Below are positions 48,540 to 57,867 of a stretch of DNA of 64,000 nt, in pieces (the first letter of the stretch is position 1; each line of letters starts with the position of its first letter). The notes under the pieces are model-generated. The model worked only from the letters and a program-made list of their open reading frames with translations, ran no database searches and was not told where the DNA came from. The translations under genes and the position numbers were made by a program. This stretch comes from an uncultured virus (IMG/VR IMGVR_UViG_3300009181_007169) (lineage: Duplodnaviria > Heunggongvirae > Uroviricota > Caudoviricetes). The stretch lies in the IMG/VR virus record IMGVR_UViG_3300009181_007169; one strand, 5' to 3'.

Positions 48540-48573
48540 GTAATTAATTTATACAATTTTCGTATAAAAACCT

Positions 48574-49017
48574 ATGTGGTCATTTTTACTATTATCTACT
48601 TTTCCTGGTTTTCTAGGTTTTAATCAGTCTCCTTCTTTGGTAAATATTACTTCTAGATTTGGCAATCCAATTATCATAGAAGAGTCAGAAGATAAAGAAT
48701 ATCAATCTTTCACATTTACAAGAGATGCTTATCTCCTCACTGCTATTACTAATAAATCTAGCCAAGTGGTGACGCTTGAGGCATATGGTGTTAATAAATC
48801 TGTGAAATACAAAGGTGTGGGTTTGATGTCAGATTTCAAATCTGTTATTAAAAAATTTGGAGAACCTGAAAAGTATATTTTTGATGAAAAAAGAATAAAT
48901 ATTGTTTATTCAGATTGTGTTTTTACAATGAATAAAATCGGGCGAAAAAACTACTATCAAGTAGTGGGCATGTCTGTGAATATGCAAAAGGAAAATAAAA
49001 CAGAAGAAAAGAAATAA
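48574..49017 (+). CDS. Hypothetical, possibly exported protein
   Basis: Hydrophobic N-terminus; repeated V...FG.P motif. Confidence 0.55.
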   Translation: MWSFLLLSTFPGFLGFNQSPSLVNITSRFGNPIIIEESEDKEYQSFTFTRDAYLLTAITNKSSQVVTLEAYGVNKSVKYKGVGLMSDFKSVIKKFGEPEKYIFDEKRINIVYSDCVFTMNKIGRKNYYQVVGMSVNMQKENKTEEKK

Positions 49018-49022
49018 ATAAT

Positions 49023-49313
49023 ATGCCAATTTTCAAGAAAGCATCTGTAGCTCCAATTGTTCGCACTGTTATCAGTCAGGGCATTGAAGATTTTAAACCC
49101 CAGCAGTCAAAGCCAAAAATTACTTCACATGAAAATGAAAATAATTCCCTTGCACATGAATTAGTAAATGCTTTAAATACAGAGATACAAAATATTCAAA
49201 ATTATTTAGATTCAATTAAATATAATGATGAAGATTATGATTTAGCATTGTCAGAAAGACATGCCTTTGAAAAAGCTTTACAAATAACAAAAAAAATATT
49301 TTCAATTCTCTAA
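49023..49313 (+). CDS. Hypothetical protein
   Basis: 96-aa ORF, MPIFKKAS start. Confidence 0.55.
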   Translation: MPIFKKASVAPIVRTVISQGIEDFKPQQSKPKITSHENENNSLAHELVNALNTEIQNIQNYLDSIKYNDEDYDLALSERHAFEKALQITKKIFSIL

Positions 49314-50171
49314 ACTAATTTTAAGTTGTTTTGAATATAAGCTCTTGCCATAAGAGTTTATTAAATTTTCTAATTCAGATTGTGTTATCCATTTGTTCCT
49401 GTATGCTATTTCATCTGGGCTGGCTATAACCATTCCTTGCCTATTTTGAATTGATGCCACATAATTACTTACTTCTAGTAAATTATCAAATGTACCAGCA
49501 TCAAACCAAGTGGATCCACGAGACAATTTAGCCACAATTAATTTTTTTTGTGACAAATACTCATTATTTACAGATGTTATTTCTAATTCGCCTCTGTTTG
49601 ATGGTTTAACATTTTTGGCAATTTCCACTACATTTTCATCATAAAAATATAGCCCTGTCACAGCATAATTAGATTTTGGATTAATTGGTTTTTCTGAAAT
49701 ACTTAAAGGCACATTATTGTTATCAAATTCTACTACACCATAATGTTCTGGCTCATTTACGTGATATGCAAATATTGTGGCACAATCACTTTCTACAGCC
49801 TTTTCACATTCTTCCATAAGATTTCCTCCATAAAATATATTATCGCCCAGAATCAATGCCACAGCCTCTCCATTGATGAATTTTTCACCTATTAGAAAAG
49901 CTTGAGCTAAACCATCTGGCGTTTTTTGTATTTCATATGAAATATTCATATTCCACTGTGACCCATCTCTTAAAAGATTTTGGAATAGACTTTGCTCGTG
50001 TGGAGTAGTAATTATTAAAACATCTCGAATGCCACATCGCATCAATGTTGACAAAGGATAGTAGATCATGGGTTTATCATATACAGGCAAAAGTTGTTTA
50101 CTTACAGATTGTGTGACAGGGAATAGCCTGGAACCTGTACCACCAGCAAGAATAATTCCTTTTTGAATCAT
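49302..50171 (-). CDS. rfbA: Glucose-1-phosphate thymidylyltransferase
   Basis: KGIILAGGTGSRLFPVT..VSKQLLPVYDKPMIYYPLSTLM, LILGDNIFYG, RGELEIT, WFDAGT. Confidence 0.97.
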   Translation of the reverse strand: MIQKGIILAGGTGSRLFPVTQSVSKQLLPVYDKPMIYYPLSTLMRCGIRDVLIITTPHEQSLFQNLLRDGSQWNMNISYEIQKTPDGLAQAFLIGEKFINGEAVALILGDNIFYGGNLMEECEKAVESDCATIFAYHVNEPEHYGVVEFDNNNVPLSISEKPINPKSNYAVTGLYFYDENVVEIAKNVKPSNRGELEITSVNNEYLSQKKLIVAKLSRGSTWFDAGTFDNLLEVSNYVASIQNRQGMVIASPDEIAYRNKWITQSELENLINSYGKSLYSKQLKISLEN

Positions 50172-50186
50172 TCTTTATTTGTACAA

Positions 50187-50426
50187 TTATGATTTATATT
50201 CTCCGCCCTGTCTTTTTCTCTTACAATATTGTTTTTGAGAAAAGCCTTTAGGATTATCACAGTTTATGTTTTTCTTATATTTTACGCTCCATCTTTTCTT
50301 TTTCTTGCCAGCTCTTGGAGCATTATAAGCAGCTTGTCTCAAAAAAGTATCAATGTCGCTTGCCTGTCTGTGCATACCAAAGCTATCTAATTCATCCGCA
50401 ACAGATGATAAAGTTTGAGGATTCAT
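50187..50426 (-). CDS. Small basic putative head protein
   Basis: Leader module VADELDSFG...ASDIDTFLRQAA, then WS.KYKK.I.C.NPKGFSQK.YC, a motif seen in large-phage proteins; start moved to ATG 50426. Confidence 0.65.
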   Translation of the reverse strand: MNPQTLSSVADELDSFGMHRQASDIDTFLRQAAYNAPRAGKKKKRWSVKYKKNINCDNPKGFSQKQYCKRKRQGGEYKS

Positions 50427-50468
50427 TTTTTTGAAAAAATTGATAAAATTAAAATTCCCAAACATAAA

Positions 50469-51209
50469 TTATTTTTTGCCTTTAAGTAAGCCAGAAACAG
50501 GTTTATTTTTTTGCCAAAACTTACATGACCAGTACTTTGCTGTGGTTTTATCTTTTGCTCTTGGGTCAGAATCACATCTATGTCTTGCTCTGAAATTTTT
50601 TAATCTTCCTGGTTGGTCACGCTTGATACTTCTCTTAGGGTCACCAAAATTAACTTTAACAACATTGCCCTTATCATTTTTTACATAAACTGAGAATTTT
50701 TTAGGACCACCTGGTGTTCTGAAAGGTTTGTTAAGTTTCTTACCTTGATTTTTTTTCTTAGAAGCTGTTTTGCAATTTCCGTTGCCGCCGCATCCGCAAC
50801 CACAATCTGATTCATCTTCTGATTCATCTTCTTGTTCAGCAACATCAGTAAGCAAATCTTCTAAACTATCAAAATACTTATGTTTATGGCTATCTTCAGA
50901 ATCATACATGTAACCATATTCTAATTTCTTTTTTTCTGGATTAAAAACAACCCAAATTTCTTGTGAACCTTCTGGCTCATCTTTATGAACAGAAGTGGTT
51001 GAAGAATGCACACTGTCTAACTTATCATCATCACCATATTCGTAAATATTTGATGGTTCAAACCCGAATTCTTCCAAAACTTTCATTAATGGGTTCTCTT
51101 CATGTGCTAGTTTTACTGCTGTGAAAAAAAGATTTTTTGATTCTCTAAAAAAACCTTCTTTATAAAGTTCTTCCGCAACTGAAGCCAGATTGTGTGCCAA
51201 TTTGTTCAT
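50469..51209 (-). CDS. Putative head protein with a basic C-terminal conserved viral domain
   Basis: Leader module; C-terminal LNKPFRT..GPKKF.VYVKN.KGNV.KV.FGD..IK...P.R.KNFRARH.C...KTTA.YWSC..W. Confidence 0.7.
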   Translation of the reverse strand: MNKLAHNLASVAEELYKEGFFRESKNLFFTAVKLAHEENPLMKVLEEFGFEPSNIYEYGDDDKLDSVHSSTTSVHKDEPEGSQEIWVVFNPEKKKLEYGYMYDSEDSHKHKYFDSLEDLLTDVAEQEDESEDESDCGCGCGGNGNCKTASKKKNQGKKLNKPFRTPGGPKKFSVYVKNDKGNVVKVNFGDPKRSIKRDQPGRLKNFRARHRCDSDPRAKDKTTAKYWSCKFWQKNKPVSGLLKGKK

Positions 51210-52079
51210 TTATTTCTCCGAAATTATTTTGAAATGATCAGAAATTTCTTTTCCTGCTTCAAAACCCATTTGCCACATTGTGTGTTCATAGCTATTTTCA
51301 ACATGAGGATTATTGTCCATGTTTTTTAAACCAGCGTAAAAACCATCTGTGATAATGTTATCCTTGTCTTCATAATTTTCGCTAGGATCTTCATCATACA
51401 TTTCTTCAATTGTTGTACCAGACTCTGGCACATCATAATCATCAAAACCAGCATATTTTCTAATTAAATTTTTCAATACAGAAGATTTTTTATCCATGCC
51501 CGCTTCCATTAATTTAAAACAACCATCACCTTTCATCACTTGCCAGTTCAAAAAGTTTGCGGCTTGTTCAGCTACTGCAAGTGCTTTTTTCGCTTGAGCA
51601 TTATTGGTAAAACAAAAAGCTTTACCATCCATCTTCATGAATCCATCCATAGATTTAATTTTATCTTTATAAGAGCCTTTTTTCCCTTCACTAGCATATT
51701 TATTGATCATCGAATTTAAAGTAGATGAAAATGCATCTTTTTCTTGCATTCTAGCCATATCAATTTTACCAGAAATAATATCTACATATTTATCATGAAC
51801 AAGATGATCATTCTTTTCCAAATATCGCTCTGCTTCTTTTTCTGACATACCGCTATCTACTAAATCGCCAAATAACTCATCATATGCTTGTTGGTACAAT
51901 TCATTAGCTGCTTTTTTAGAATTTTTTTCTTCTTTATCTTTTCCATTCTTAAGCATTTCAGCTAAAGATTCATTATCATCTTTTTTTTCAACTTCTGACA
52001 TTAAACTGTATGCCATGCTCACGTCGCCTTCTAATGCTTTTTTTTCAGCAAGTTTCATTAAAATTTCAGAAAAACTCAT
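51210..52079 (-). CDS. Acidic/charged putative head (core) protein
   Basis: Internal NKYAS and RKYAG motifs; D/E/K-rich. Confidence 0.6.
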   Translation of the reverse strand: MSFSEILMKLAEKKALEGDVSMAYSLMSEVEKKDDNESLAEMLKNGKDKEEKNSKKAANELYQQAYDELFGDLVDSGMSEKEAERYLEKNDHLVHDKYVDIISGKIDMARMQEKDAFSSTLNSMINKYASEGKKGSYKDKIKSMDGFMKMDGKAFCFTNNAQAKKALAVAEQAANFLNWQVMKGDGCFKLMEAGMDKKSSVLKNLIRKYAGFDDYDVPESGTTIEEMYDEDPSENYEDKDNIITDGFYAGLKNMDNNPHVENSYEHTMWQMGFEAGKEISDHFKIISEK

Positions 52080-52115
52080 AATGATTTTTTATGAAGTTAT
52101 TTGTTTTTTACCTTT

Positions 52116-52331
52116 TTATTTTGTATCCAAAATTAAATTTAATTCATTTCTTCTAACACACAAATTACCACAATCTGTTTTGATTATTACTGTTCCACCA
52201 AAAGGACACTCAGAAACAATTTCAATTTCTTTTCCAGGTAAGAATCCAAGCTCCATAAATCTCTTATCACACACACAATCTGAGATTACGGCTAAAACAT
52301 TTTTTTCTAAGTTTCGAAAAGAAACTTTCAT
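52116..52331 (-). CDS. feoA: FeoA-family protein
   Basis: RFMELGFLPGKEIEIV..CPFGG...I......RRNE. Confidence 0.8.
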   Translation of the reverse strand: MKVSFRNLEKNVLAVISDCVCDKRFMELGFLPGKEIEIVSECPFGGTVIIKTDCGNLCVRRNELNLILDTK

Positions 52332-52384
52332 AATTTTCTTTTACAATATTAAGAACTTTACCCTTTATTACGTATAATATAAAT

Positions 52385-53368
52385 GTGAAAAAAGCATTTA
52401 CTTTAATTGAACTTCTCGTAGTAATTGCCATTATCGCTATCCTTGCCGCCATCCTCTTTCCAGTTTTCGCACAAGCAAAAGCTGCTGCTAAGAAAGCCGC
52501 AGGTATTAGTAACCAAAAGCAAATTTCTCTTGGTATCACCATGTATGGTGCTGATAATGATGATATGTATCCACGCAATGACGACTGTATTGCAAACTCT
52601 AGTTTGAATGGCAGTTTAAATACAATTCCGGCTGGAACCACAGTAAATTGTGGTGTTTCTGCAGGTTTTGCGCATCGTGTGAATCACTTCTCTTGGCAAA
52701 AATGGACACAACCTTATGTTAAAAACGTACAGTTGTACTTCAATACATCAAGGGGCAATGTTAACGCTCCTACGCCTTCCTGTCCAAGTGGCTCTTGGAC
52801 TCAATGTGGTCAGGTAACAGGAAGTTATCTTCTTAACACGTCTCTGACAGGTCAACTTAATACTTGGAATCGTGCCGCTGGATCATCCACCATGTTTAGA
52901 AATTCATGGCTAGGCGGTTCTATGACTGCTATTCCTAATACATCAGCTGCAGGGATTCTTATGGAATCAGGAAATCTTCAAATTGGCGTGGTTCCAATCG
53001 CCTATGGAACAGATTCATCCTCTAATTCTGTTACGGTATTCCCCCCCGCAGTGAGAGAATATTGGGCTTGGGAGCTTGGTCTGCAAGTAGCAAATTACTC
53101 TGCAAATCCAAATGCTCAAGCTGATGAGCTTAGAGCTGCATTCCAAGGAGTTATTGTAGGGCATGCTGATGGATCAGCTAAGTATTATCAACTTGGTAAG
53201 TTTCTTGCAAACACTCCGACAGCATTTGAATATGGTGTTAGCGCAACTCCGGCTTTCGGAATGAATCTCAACGCTGGAACTTTAAGAGGTTTCACTGGTG
53301 GAACTGTTGGACTTGGAGCAAATCCAAATCTTATGATTCAATACCCACTTTGGGGTCTTGGTCAATAA
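52385..53368 (+). CDS. Prepilin-type N-terminal cleavage/methylation domain protein (DUF1559-like, Armatimonadota type)
   Basis: MKKAFTLIELLVVIAIIAILAAILFPVFAQAK..AKK...SN.KQ..L...MY..D.DD..P and C-terminal HADGSAK. Confidence 0.92.
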   Translation: MKKAFTLIELLVVIAIIAILAAILFPVFAQAKAAAKKAAGISNQKQISLGITMYGADNDDMYPRNDDCIANSSLNGSLNTIPAGTTVNCGVSAGFAHRVNHFSWQKWTQPYVKNVQLYFNTSRGNVNAPTPSCPSGSWTQCGQVTGSYLLNTSLTGQLNTWNRAAGSSTMFRNSWLGGSMTAIPNTSAAGILMESGNLQIGVVPIAYGTDSSSNSVTVFPPAVREYWAWELGLQVANYSANPNAQADELRAAFQGVIVGHADGSAKYYQLGKFLANTPTAFEYGVSATPAFGMNLNAGTLRGFTGGTVGLGANPNLMIQYPLWGLGQ

Positions 53369-53370
53369 GA

Positions 53371-53390
53371 TTTCCCCCGAAAGGGGGAAA
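53371..53390. terminator. Hairpin terminator between convergent genes
   Basis: TTTCCCCC-GAAA-GGGGGAAA. Confidence 0.7.
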
Positions 53391-54119
53391 TTAATATTTT
53401 GAATTAATCGAATCAAAATATATTTGCCAATTTTTGTACTTTTCTTCACTCTGTAAAAATTCAAAAATTTTTGAATTAATTTTAATCAGCTCGCCTAATC
53501 CGCAATCATTTGTATTGTGTTCAACGAATGCCCAATCTTTGTTTTCTCTGATAAATTTTACAACAGCCCCTTCAACATTATTTCCTAATGTTTGGGCTTG
53601 ATAAAACATTTTTGTATCGTGAAGTAAAAATCTACCGTTATCTGTTAGCATTTTGCTATACTTATTTATTTCAGAAAAAGTAAATCCTGCTCCATCAACT
53701 TCACCCTCAAAACCAAAATTTGGTGTTGTTCCACTATCATGATTAGTATCAAGAAAAATAAAATCATATTTTATTTCTGTTTCATAAGCAATTGAATTGC
53801 AAACAATAAATTCGTGGAAAGGTAATTTAAAATCTTTGAAAATATCTTTTACTATTTCAATTGTTTCACTGCAGCCATTATAAATATCTAGAGAATGTAA
53901 AAATTCAAAACCATAAGTGTTATAAAGAGCATAAAAAATTTTAGTAGATTGACCTCCAAAAACTGGATTTTCACCCACATGAACACCAAGTTCTAAAATT
54001 TTCTGAATTGGATAAGTAGCGTTTTTATTTTGATTAAAGATTTCATGAAAAATAATTTCATTATTTTTCATTGCAATTAGATATTGATTCAAAAAATTTA
54101 TATATTCTTCGTAAAACAA
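53391..54119 (-). CDS. Class I SAM-dependent methyltransferase (Methyltransf_24-like)
   Basis: ILELGV..G.ST, SLDI, YDFIFLDTNH, L..NG..LLHD. Confidence 0.75.
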   Translation of the reverse strand: MFYEEYINFLNQYLIAMKNNEIIFHEIFNQNKNATYPIQKILELGVHVGENPVFGGQSTKIFYALYNTYGFEFLHSLDIYNGCSETIEIVKDIFKDFKLPFHEFIVCNSIAYETEIKYDFIFLDTNHDSGTTPNFGFEGEVDGAGFTFSEINKYSKMLTDNGRFLLHDTKMFYQAQTLGNNVEGAVVKFIRENKDWAFVEHNTNDCGLGELIKINSKIFEFLQSEEKYKNWQIYFDSINSKY

Positions 54120-54122
54120 TTT

Positions 54123-54371
54123 TTATTCTCCTAAATAATCTAAGAGTTGCTTCTTAGTTGAAAATGTCATAGTGTTCTTTCCATCTTTGCTTGCTGTGTA
54201 AATTTCTTTTCCAAAAGGATTGAATGATTTAGTTACCATTTGCTTTGTACCATCTGGAAGAATTTTTTCAGCATTCTTTGCATCTAAATTTGATTTCAAA
54301 ACTTCAGCCAATTTATTAATATTAGTTCTACGCTCATTTTCTTTTTTAATAAAATTTTCAAATTCGTTCAT
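54123..54371 (-). CDS. Hypothetical protein
   Basis: 82-aa ORF with TGTAAAAT 6 nt upstream. Confidence 0.55.
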   Translation of the reverse strand: MNEFENFIKKENERRTNINKLAEVLKSNLDAKNAEKILPDGTKQMVTKSFNPFGKEIYTASKDGKNTMTFSTKKQLLDYLGE

Positions 54372-54386
54372 AGTATAATTTTACAA

Positions 54387-54767
54387 TTAATAATCTTCAT
54401 CATAGCGATCAGGATAATCTGGTTCTGGATAATAATATTCATCCCATCCAATATCTGGTCTCTCATTAAATTCTGCACCGTTTATTTTTCTTCTGTCATA
54501 ATCTATGAGCAGTGTTTCTGGATCAAATGCGGGTGAATTTTTGTCATATTTTTCGTTGTAGTCTTCATCATCAGGTTTAAGAATATAACTATAAACCCAT
54601 TCAGGATAATCTCGGTCATCTGGGTCATCAGGAAATTCAGGTGATGTCAACTCTGCAGCAAGTTTGATCAACAAACTGTCAACTTTTTTTGCTTCTTTTT
54701 CAAAACCATTATAGTCAAGCTCTGTAGCCACAGATGCAATTTTTTTCATTAGATTGTGTTTATTCAT
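54387..54767 (-). CDS. Acidic putative head protein with leader module
   Basis: KIASVATELDYNGFEKEAKKVDSLLIKLAA followed by a D/E/Y/P-rich tail; start moved to ATG 54767. Confidence 0.65.
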   Translation of the reverse strand: MNKHNLMKKIASVATELDYNGFEKEAKKVDSLLIKLAAELTSPEFPDDPDDRDYPEWVYSYILKPDDEDYNEKYDKNSPAFDPETLLIDYDRRKINGAEFNERPDIGWDEYYYPEPDYPDRYDEDY

Positions 54768-54796
54768 AGATGCCTCACACAGATTGTGTATATATA

Positions 54797-56110
54797 TTAG
54801 TTCTGCCACCAAACATTATCTTCCTTGCAAGTTCTATTACCAATAATATCAATATAACGCGATTTTTTGATTCCATATTTTTGTTCATATAATACCTTAC
54901 CTTTCAAGCCATTTTTGTAATCTGTGCGAAGATTAAATGCAAGCTCATATGCCAATTTATCTTTCTCAGATTGTTTTGTTTTAGTTTTAGGCAATTCCTC
55001 AACACTCAGCACTTGTTCAATAGGTAAATTACTTCTTAGCCTTCTATCTATTGTTGAATAAGGTATGCCAAGCTCTTCAGACCATTCTTTAATTGTCTGA
55101 GTTTTGTTGTTGTAAGTAATTAAGATTGTGTTTTTGGTTTTCTTTTTTGGATTAAACGAATTATCTATCCAAGTTCTGTTACTTCTCACATCATTTACAA
55201 TATGCTCACTTATTCCTAGTTCTAAAGCAATTTCTTTTGCAGTGAGGTGAGCAAACTTTTCATTTCTTATTTCGTTTGCTATTTCTTGAGAAATATTTGA
55301 ATTATTTGGAGATTGTTCAGTTTCGCAGATTGTGTCTTTAAGCTGAAGATATAAATCATATTTTCTGCCTAGTCTTGTAGATTGTGTTGAGTTTGTGTAA
55401 ATCCAGTTTAAAAAAGATAAGGCGTTGTATCTACCGTTATATTCGATGAATTGTACATTTCCTCTTTTGTTTAAGTATCCACATTTTTTACCAATATAAT
55501 TTTCATAATATTTTTTTATGTTCTCGGTTAGTTTATATGTGCCAACAATTGATGCAGAATAGCCCTTTTTAATAGTACTAATATAAACACAGCCGTCTCC
55601 ATCAAAAACTCCTCTTACAAAATCTGAAACGAATTCATCTGGAATGTCTTTTACCCAATCGAAATCATAAGTTTTATTACCAGATAGCCCTAAGCCATTT
55701 AAATCTTTAACCATTTCTTTCGAGCTTACAGTAAGGCAAGCCTGTGGTTGCCCATCTTTTTTATTTATTGTATAAATTGGACCATCGTATTCAATTGCTT
55801 CTTTAAGATTTTGGATAATTGCTTCATCAGTCTTTTTTAGATTGAGCATAATTATGTTGTTTTGTTTTCTCACATGTCCATCTGCAACAAGTAATCCAAG
55901 AAAATATGCCATTTCATTAGACCATGTTTTGAAGTAATTGTCATTTGGCTTATACTTTCTTTTATCAGCGTTGTGTGATAAGTTGTATTCTTTGCATAAT
56001 AAAGAAACCGTTGGCATGGAAACTTTCAAGTATTCTGAAATTTCTTTTTTACTTAAGTTTTTAGAATTAATCTCGTCAATTTGAGATTGTGTTAGAGTTT
56101 TTCTTTGCAT
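54797..56110 (-). mobile_element. Free-standing double-LAGLIDADG homing endonuclease with C-terminal HTH domains
   Basis: YFLGLLVADGHV and FVRGVFDGDGCV motifs, L.RK, C-terminal AKEIALELGIS and TIKEWSEELGIPYSTI. Confidence 0.9.
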
Positions 56111-56162
56111 ACTTTATTATACAGCAAAAAAGTATTTTTAACTTGTTATTATCTTGAAAAAC

Positions 56163-56190
56163 AAAAAACCCTGGATAAATCCAGGGTTTT
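56163..56190 (-). terminator. Intrinsic terminator after the major capsid gene
   Basis: AAAACCCTGGA-TTTA-TCCAGGG-TTTTTT. Confidence 0.85.
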
Positions 56191-56217
56191 CATTAGTTTT
56201 GTGTAACTTTGTACCTA

Positions 56218-57069
56218 TTAGCTTACTATAATCTTAGAAAGACTAAAGTCATTGATAACAGCGAAGCCCAATTCTTCGTACACAACCCAACCCAATCGGA
56301 GTCTTCGTGTGTCATCTGCTGGCAGAACTGTGATGTCTTGTCTGATAGGAATTGCACCAACGAATTGAGCAGGAGCCATGACAAATACGCAGTTCTTTGG
56401 AACCATAGTGGAAAGGTGAATGTCAGCTGTGAACAAGTGACCATACAAACCAGTTTGGAGAATATCTCTTTGTGTTGCTTGGTCGTACACATCTGGACCC
56501 CATCCTCTGAAGTCTTTGTATCGTGCAGGTGGAACAACAATTTTAGCACCGATGAGTTCATGCTCTTCAATAAGAGTAAGTGCAAGGTTAATTTGCTCAA
56601 GTTGAACTGTACCGCTGACCGAAATTGTTTGGTCGCTAGGAGTACCATAATTAAGGACTTTGAATACTTCAGTATCCTCTTGTCGCTGAAGGCTATCCTT
56701 AGCTCTGATTTGTGCTCTGTCTACAATGTAGAATCTTCGAGCTTTTACTTCAGAGTAACGAATAACTGGGTTTGCAGCGATTTCAAAAGTAGGAACTAAA
56801 AGTTCTTCTGCTTCAATTTCAGATGTAGGAACATTTCCTCTCTTTGAAACGACGAAGGACTTTGCAGTTACATCTCTTTCATATCGAGGAAGAACACCTT
56901 GAGGGAGTTCATCTACGAGAAGAAGCTTTCGTCCGATTGCTTGGTACATGAGTGCGTTTTTGATTGGTTCGACCATAGCTTGAGCCAGTGCAGTTTTACC
57001 TTCAGCTGTCTCTAATGCCATAGCAACAATCTGTTCTCTTTGTTCGTTTATTGTTTTTGTTAATGCCAT
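56218..57069 (-). CDS. Major capsid protein (compact HK97 fold, encapsulin-like)
   Basis: LAQAM..PI...L.YQ.IGRK.L.VDELPQG.L..Y.RD, VP.FEIA..P.I...EVK.RRF.IVDR.Q, .ED, W...E..G; last gene of a protease-scaffold-cement operon with a GGGGA RBS and terminator. Confidence 0.85.
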   Translation of the reverse strand: MALTKTINEQREQIVAMALETAEGKTALAQAMVEPIKNALMYQAIGRKLLLVDELPQGVLPRYERDVTAKSFVVSKRGNVPTSEIEAEELLVPTFEIAANPVIRYSEVKARRFYIVDRAQIRAKDSLQRQEDTEVFKVLNYGTPSDQTISVSGTVQLEQINLALTLIEEHELIGAKIVVPPARYKDFRGWGPDVYDQATQRDILQTGLYGHLFTADIHLSTMVPKNCVFVMAPAQFVGAIPIRQDITVLPADDTRRLRLGWVVYEELGFAVINDFSLSKIIVS

Positions 57070-57090
57070 TTTCTTAATTATCCCCCTAGA

Positions 57091-57807
57091 TTAAAGTAAT
57101 GTCCAGTAAAGCAATCCAGCTCCTGAATCATAGTAGTCAACTCGACCAATTGGCTGACCCCAATCTGTAACTGTAGAACCTGAAGAAGGAACCCATTTTA
57201 CAAGAAGTCCAGCATTGTATGTGCTTGAAGTAGCAGCTTGTGGATTAGTAGGTGTAGTTGTTACAGCTGCACTATTTGTACCACCCCAAGTAACTAGGTC
57301 ACCAGGAGTTGGAGTCCACGCACCACCGTTATCTGCTGTTGCACTGCTTGCAGTAAGCAATGTGAATCGGTCTGTGATTAATTGTGTCGAAGGTGTGGTA
57401 TAGACACTCACGCCTCTTTGAGCGTAAGTAGGAATACCAGCTGTCAGGTTTGTGATTAGATCAATTGATTCATCCTTGAAATCACTGATAGCTCTCTTTA
57501 CACCAACATAAAAACCTGCTGTGTAAGATTGGAAAGCCGAACCATTGACAAAGTTCGAACCTGCAGGGTCGTTGTTAATCATTGTTGGTGTTTCACCATA
57601 AGGGTTTGTACCAACTGCGTCATCACCAGCAACTCCGAGAACAGCAGCTCTCATAAGTTGTGTGTTTCTAACGGCTCTTCTAACAACGCTAGGGTTTTGT
57701 GTTACGTCGTTTGTGTTAAACGCAACAATATCTCCGGCGAGAATTGGATCTGTGCTAAGTTTATTATAGTTAGCTGCAATCACTGAGTTAAGTGCTCTTA
57801 ATGCCAT
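57091..57807 (-). CDS. Capsid cement/decoration protein
   Basis: I.AG..V...VLGVA.DD...TD.F...PGD pattern; directly upstream of the MCP. Confidence 0.6.
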   Translation of the reverse strand: MALRALNSVIAANYNKLSTDPILAGDIVAFNTNDVTQNPSVVRRAVRNTQLMRAAVLGVAGDDAVGTNPYGETPTMINNDPAGSNFVNGSAFQSYTAGFYVGVKRAISDFKDESIDLITNLTAGIPTYAQRGVSVYTTPSTQLITDRFTLLTASSATADNGGAWTPTPGDLVTWGGTNSAAVTTTPTNPQAATSSTYNAGLLVKWVPSSGSTVTDWGQPIGRVDYYDSGAGLLYWTLL

Positions 57808-57867
57808 TTTATTATTTTCTCCTTTTAGTTTATATTTTCCTTTTTGTAAGTAAAATTACTTTCGTAA

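Noticed and set aside
54797..56110. LAGLIDADG as an intein or intron-encoded ORF
   Set aside because: No Cys/His-Asn splice motifs; the MCP gene is complete and terminated upstream.
56218..57069. Cellular encapsulin nanocompartment operon
   Set aside because: The protease, scaffold, cement, neck and tail genes indicate a phage capsid.
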